A program made the position numbers and the translations under genes. This document shows positions 61,658 through 64,000 of a stretch of DNA of 64,000 bases, piece after piece; position 1 is the first letter of the stretch, and each line of letters begins with the position of its first letter. The stretch lies in contig CAKKNE010000003.1 in assembly GCA_918797485.1 (NCBI GenBank), positions 124,001 through 188,000 of the forward strand. Reading direction: 5' to 3'. The notes under the pieces are model-generated. The model had not been told where the DNA came from and made no database searches. It was given only the letters and a program-made list of their open reading frames with translations. The DNA is from Pelagomonas calceolata. Taxonomy: Eukaryota.

Positions 61658-63864
61658 ATGGCCGAGCGCAACCCATCGACGCCGACGCGGCGTGTGCGCA
61701 TATCGAGCGCGTCGCCGACGCGGTCGCCCGTGCGCCTCACGACGCCGCCGCGCACGCGCGCTGGGAAGCGGAGCCCCTACGCGTCTCCCGCCAGGAGCCC
61801 GTACCGGTCGCCGCCGCCGACGACGCCGCGTGGAAGCGCCGCCGTCACCGTGCTCGGCAAGCGCGTGCCGCGCGTCAGCCTCCCGATCCTCTGGTGGCTT
61901 CAAGCGAGGACGCGCGCCGCCGTGCTCGAGAAGCGGTTGAAAAACATGCCGCGGGAAGACCCAAGCGAGGCCACCGCGTTAAGAGCGCGCGTGGCAGCTT
62001 TGGAGGAGGCCGTGCGCCAGGCGGAGTTGCACGCGGCGCGGCAGACCGCGCGCGCGACGGAGGCCGAGGCCAAGGCCGCGCGGCTCATCGAGGCACCGCC
62101 GGCCTACGACACGGCCGAGGGCGAGCGGATATTGAAGGAGCGCCTCGACGAGCTGCGCCGCGGCACGCTGGACGCGCTGCGCGCGGCCGAGGCGAAGAAC
62201 GAGCGCCTCGCGGCCGAAAAACGCCGCGGCGACGCAGGAACTCGCAGAGTGCCGCCGGAAGCTCGCCATGGACCACGTCGAGGCGGAGTCGAAGCTCGCG
62301 GCGGAGCTCGACCGGCTCACGGCCGAGACCGTCGAGGCGAAGCGCCAGCTCAACGACCGCCGCCGGAAATTGGCCATCGAGAAGCGCCGCGCTGAGAACG
62401 CTCCTCGGCGCGAGCGGGCGGCTGCAGCCGTCGCGTTGCGGGCCCAAAAGGCCGTCGTGGCGCTCAACGCCAAGTGCGACGACTTCTGCCGGAAGGTTCT
62501 GTTAAAAGCGCACGACGACGTCGCGGGAGGCGCCGGGCGGCGGCTCCGCGACAACCGGCAGCCCCTCCTCGAGACGGCCGCGATCTACGCGGCGCGTCGG
62601 CGGCCGTTCTCCGGGAAAAGCGTCGAGGAGCCCGCCGTCGATATAAATGAGCCCGTCCGGCGCATCCTCGACGTCGCCACGCGGCGCCAGCAGCTCCTCC
62701 CGACGATCGCGCCCCTTGTCGAGGAGCGCGACGCCCGGGCGACGACGGGCTGCGACGCCGCATTGGGTGCTGTCATGGCCGTCGCCGCGCAGCGCAACGA
62801 GGCGCGGTTAATACAGGCGCAGCAGCGGCTTGAGGCGCTGGCGACGGCCGCGGAGCGGGCCGCGGCCGGCGCGTCCGGCGCCGTCGGCGCCATCGCACAC
62901 CCCGACATTCAACAAACCATCGCGGACGAAGGAGTCGAGACGGACCGCGGCCGTGAGCGAAGTTCGCGCGCAGCGCCGCGCCGTCGACGCGGAACTCGCC
63001 GACCTGCGGACGACGCGCGCGCGCGCGGTCGACTCGCTGCGGAAGGAGCGCGCCGATCGCGCGAAGACGGACACGCGCGGGAGGCGCGCTGGCGCGGCGG
63101 CGCCGGCATCGAGCCGCCTGACCGCGCGGCGCGTGGCCAAGGCCGTGCGCGAGACCGAGGACCGGGCCTTCTCGGCGCACGCGCTGGCCCTCGAGGACGC
63201 GGCGACGGCACAGCAACAGCGTCACCGCCAGGCTCTGGCCGGCGCCATCGCCGCCTGCGAGGCGCGCCACGCCGAGGCGCTGGACCAGCGCCGCCGCCGC
63301 GACGTCGCGCTCGCGGCCTCGCTGCGCGGCGCGAAGCAGCGCGCCAAGGGGCCGCAGCACGTCGCGGCCTGTGTGGAAATCAACCAGTGCGTCGGGTGCG
63401 ACAATTCTTCACTAAGTCATGTCTCGGCGATGGCGTGGCCGCGCTGGTTCCGTCGAGCGGCGAGGAATCGGCATCGCCAAGCCATCGAGCAGGCGTCGCG
63501 TCGATGGCGTGGAGGACGACGCGATGATTCAGCACGAACGCGCCGTAAAATTTTGATTTCCACACAGGTCGCGGCGGAGCGCGCCCGCGACTCGCTCGCC
63601 GAGGCCGCGGCGGCGGTCGACGTCCTCTACCAGCAAGAGGCCGCGCGCATCGACCGGCGGCCGCGGCGGCGCGAGGGCGCCGCGCGGCGGCGCCGGCGGC
63701 GCCGGCGCCATCGGACGCCGCCCTCCCGCCACCGCCGCCGCGCCGGGCGCCTCCGCCGCCGCCGACGCGCGCCTCGACGCGCGCTCGCGGCCGCCACGGG
63801 ACGCCTCGGCCGCCGCCGCCGCCGGCGTCGCGGCCCCGAAATCATCGCGTCGCGGCCCCGTTGA
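61658..63864 (+). CDS. Coiled-coil protein (frameshifted; in-frame intron 63361-63567; 3' end uncertain)
   Basis: Successive A/E/R/L-rich helical ORFs starting at 61658, 62268 and 62830. Confidence 0.6.
63369..63567. mobile_element. Introner element (199 bp), apparently full length
   Basis: TIRs ctgtgtggaaatcaa / ttgatttccacacag; perfect TSD gtcgcggc (63361-68 / 63568-75). Confidence 0.95.
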
Positions 63865-64000
63865 AGCTCGGCGCGTGGAACAAGACGACGCGCACGGAGC
63901 CGATGCCGTTCAAGCACAATTACACGGTTCCTGGGTCTGATGTGGCGTCGTAAGCTTCATGAACTTGACTACTGTGTAACACACTAGATTTTCCAGCCCA

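Overview
Gene-dense, very GC-rich eukaryotic nuclear DNA, most consistent with a pelagophyte alga (Pelagomonas/Aureococcus-like). This is inferred from near-intronless compact genes, bipartite plastid-type presequences, flagellar genes and Aureococcus-type introner elements. About 42 protein-coding genes are recognisable, including ATG12, a CFAP69-like gene, eIF2B-alpha, DNALI1, RPN7, a JmjC demethylase, PHYHD1-like, MBD4-like, a YqeH/NOA1-type GTPase, NECAP, an ABCG transporter, a DEAD-box helicase, a serpin, proline dehydrogenase and an M23 peptidase. Many carry 1-nt frameshifts that look like assembly errors. Non-coding structure read from the sequence: (1) six intron-generating DNA-transposon insertions with CTGTGTGGAAATCAA...TTGATTTCCACACAG ends, five with clear 8-bp target-site duplications and one eroded, whose removal restores or preserves the host reading frame; (2) a ~23-bp quasi-palindromic motif GCTAGCGGCCTGTAAGACACTAGC found about 19 times, nearly always 120-300 bp upstream of a start codon and often centred in divergent promoters; (3) a ~90-bp dispersed repeat that ends in this motif; (4) a ~3.3-kb segment bracketed by inverted repeats that encodes a FEN1/XPG-like nuclease region plus an SBP-like zinc finger; (5) a ~1.9-kb decayed, lower-GC insert flanked by a 7-bp direct repeat. 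No rRNA, tRNA or CRISPR array was recognised. All coordinates and family calls were made by eye, without database searches.
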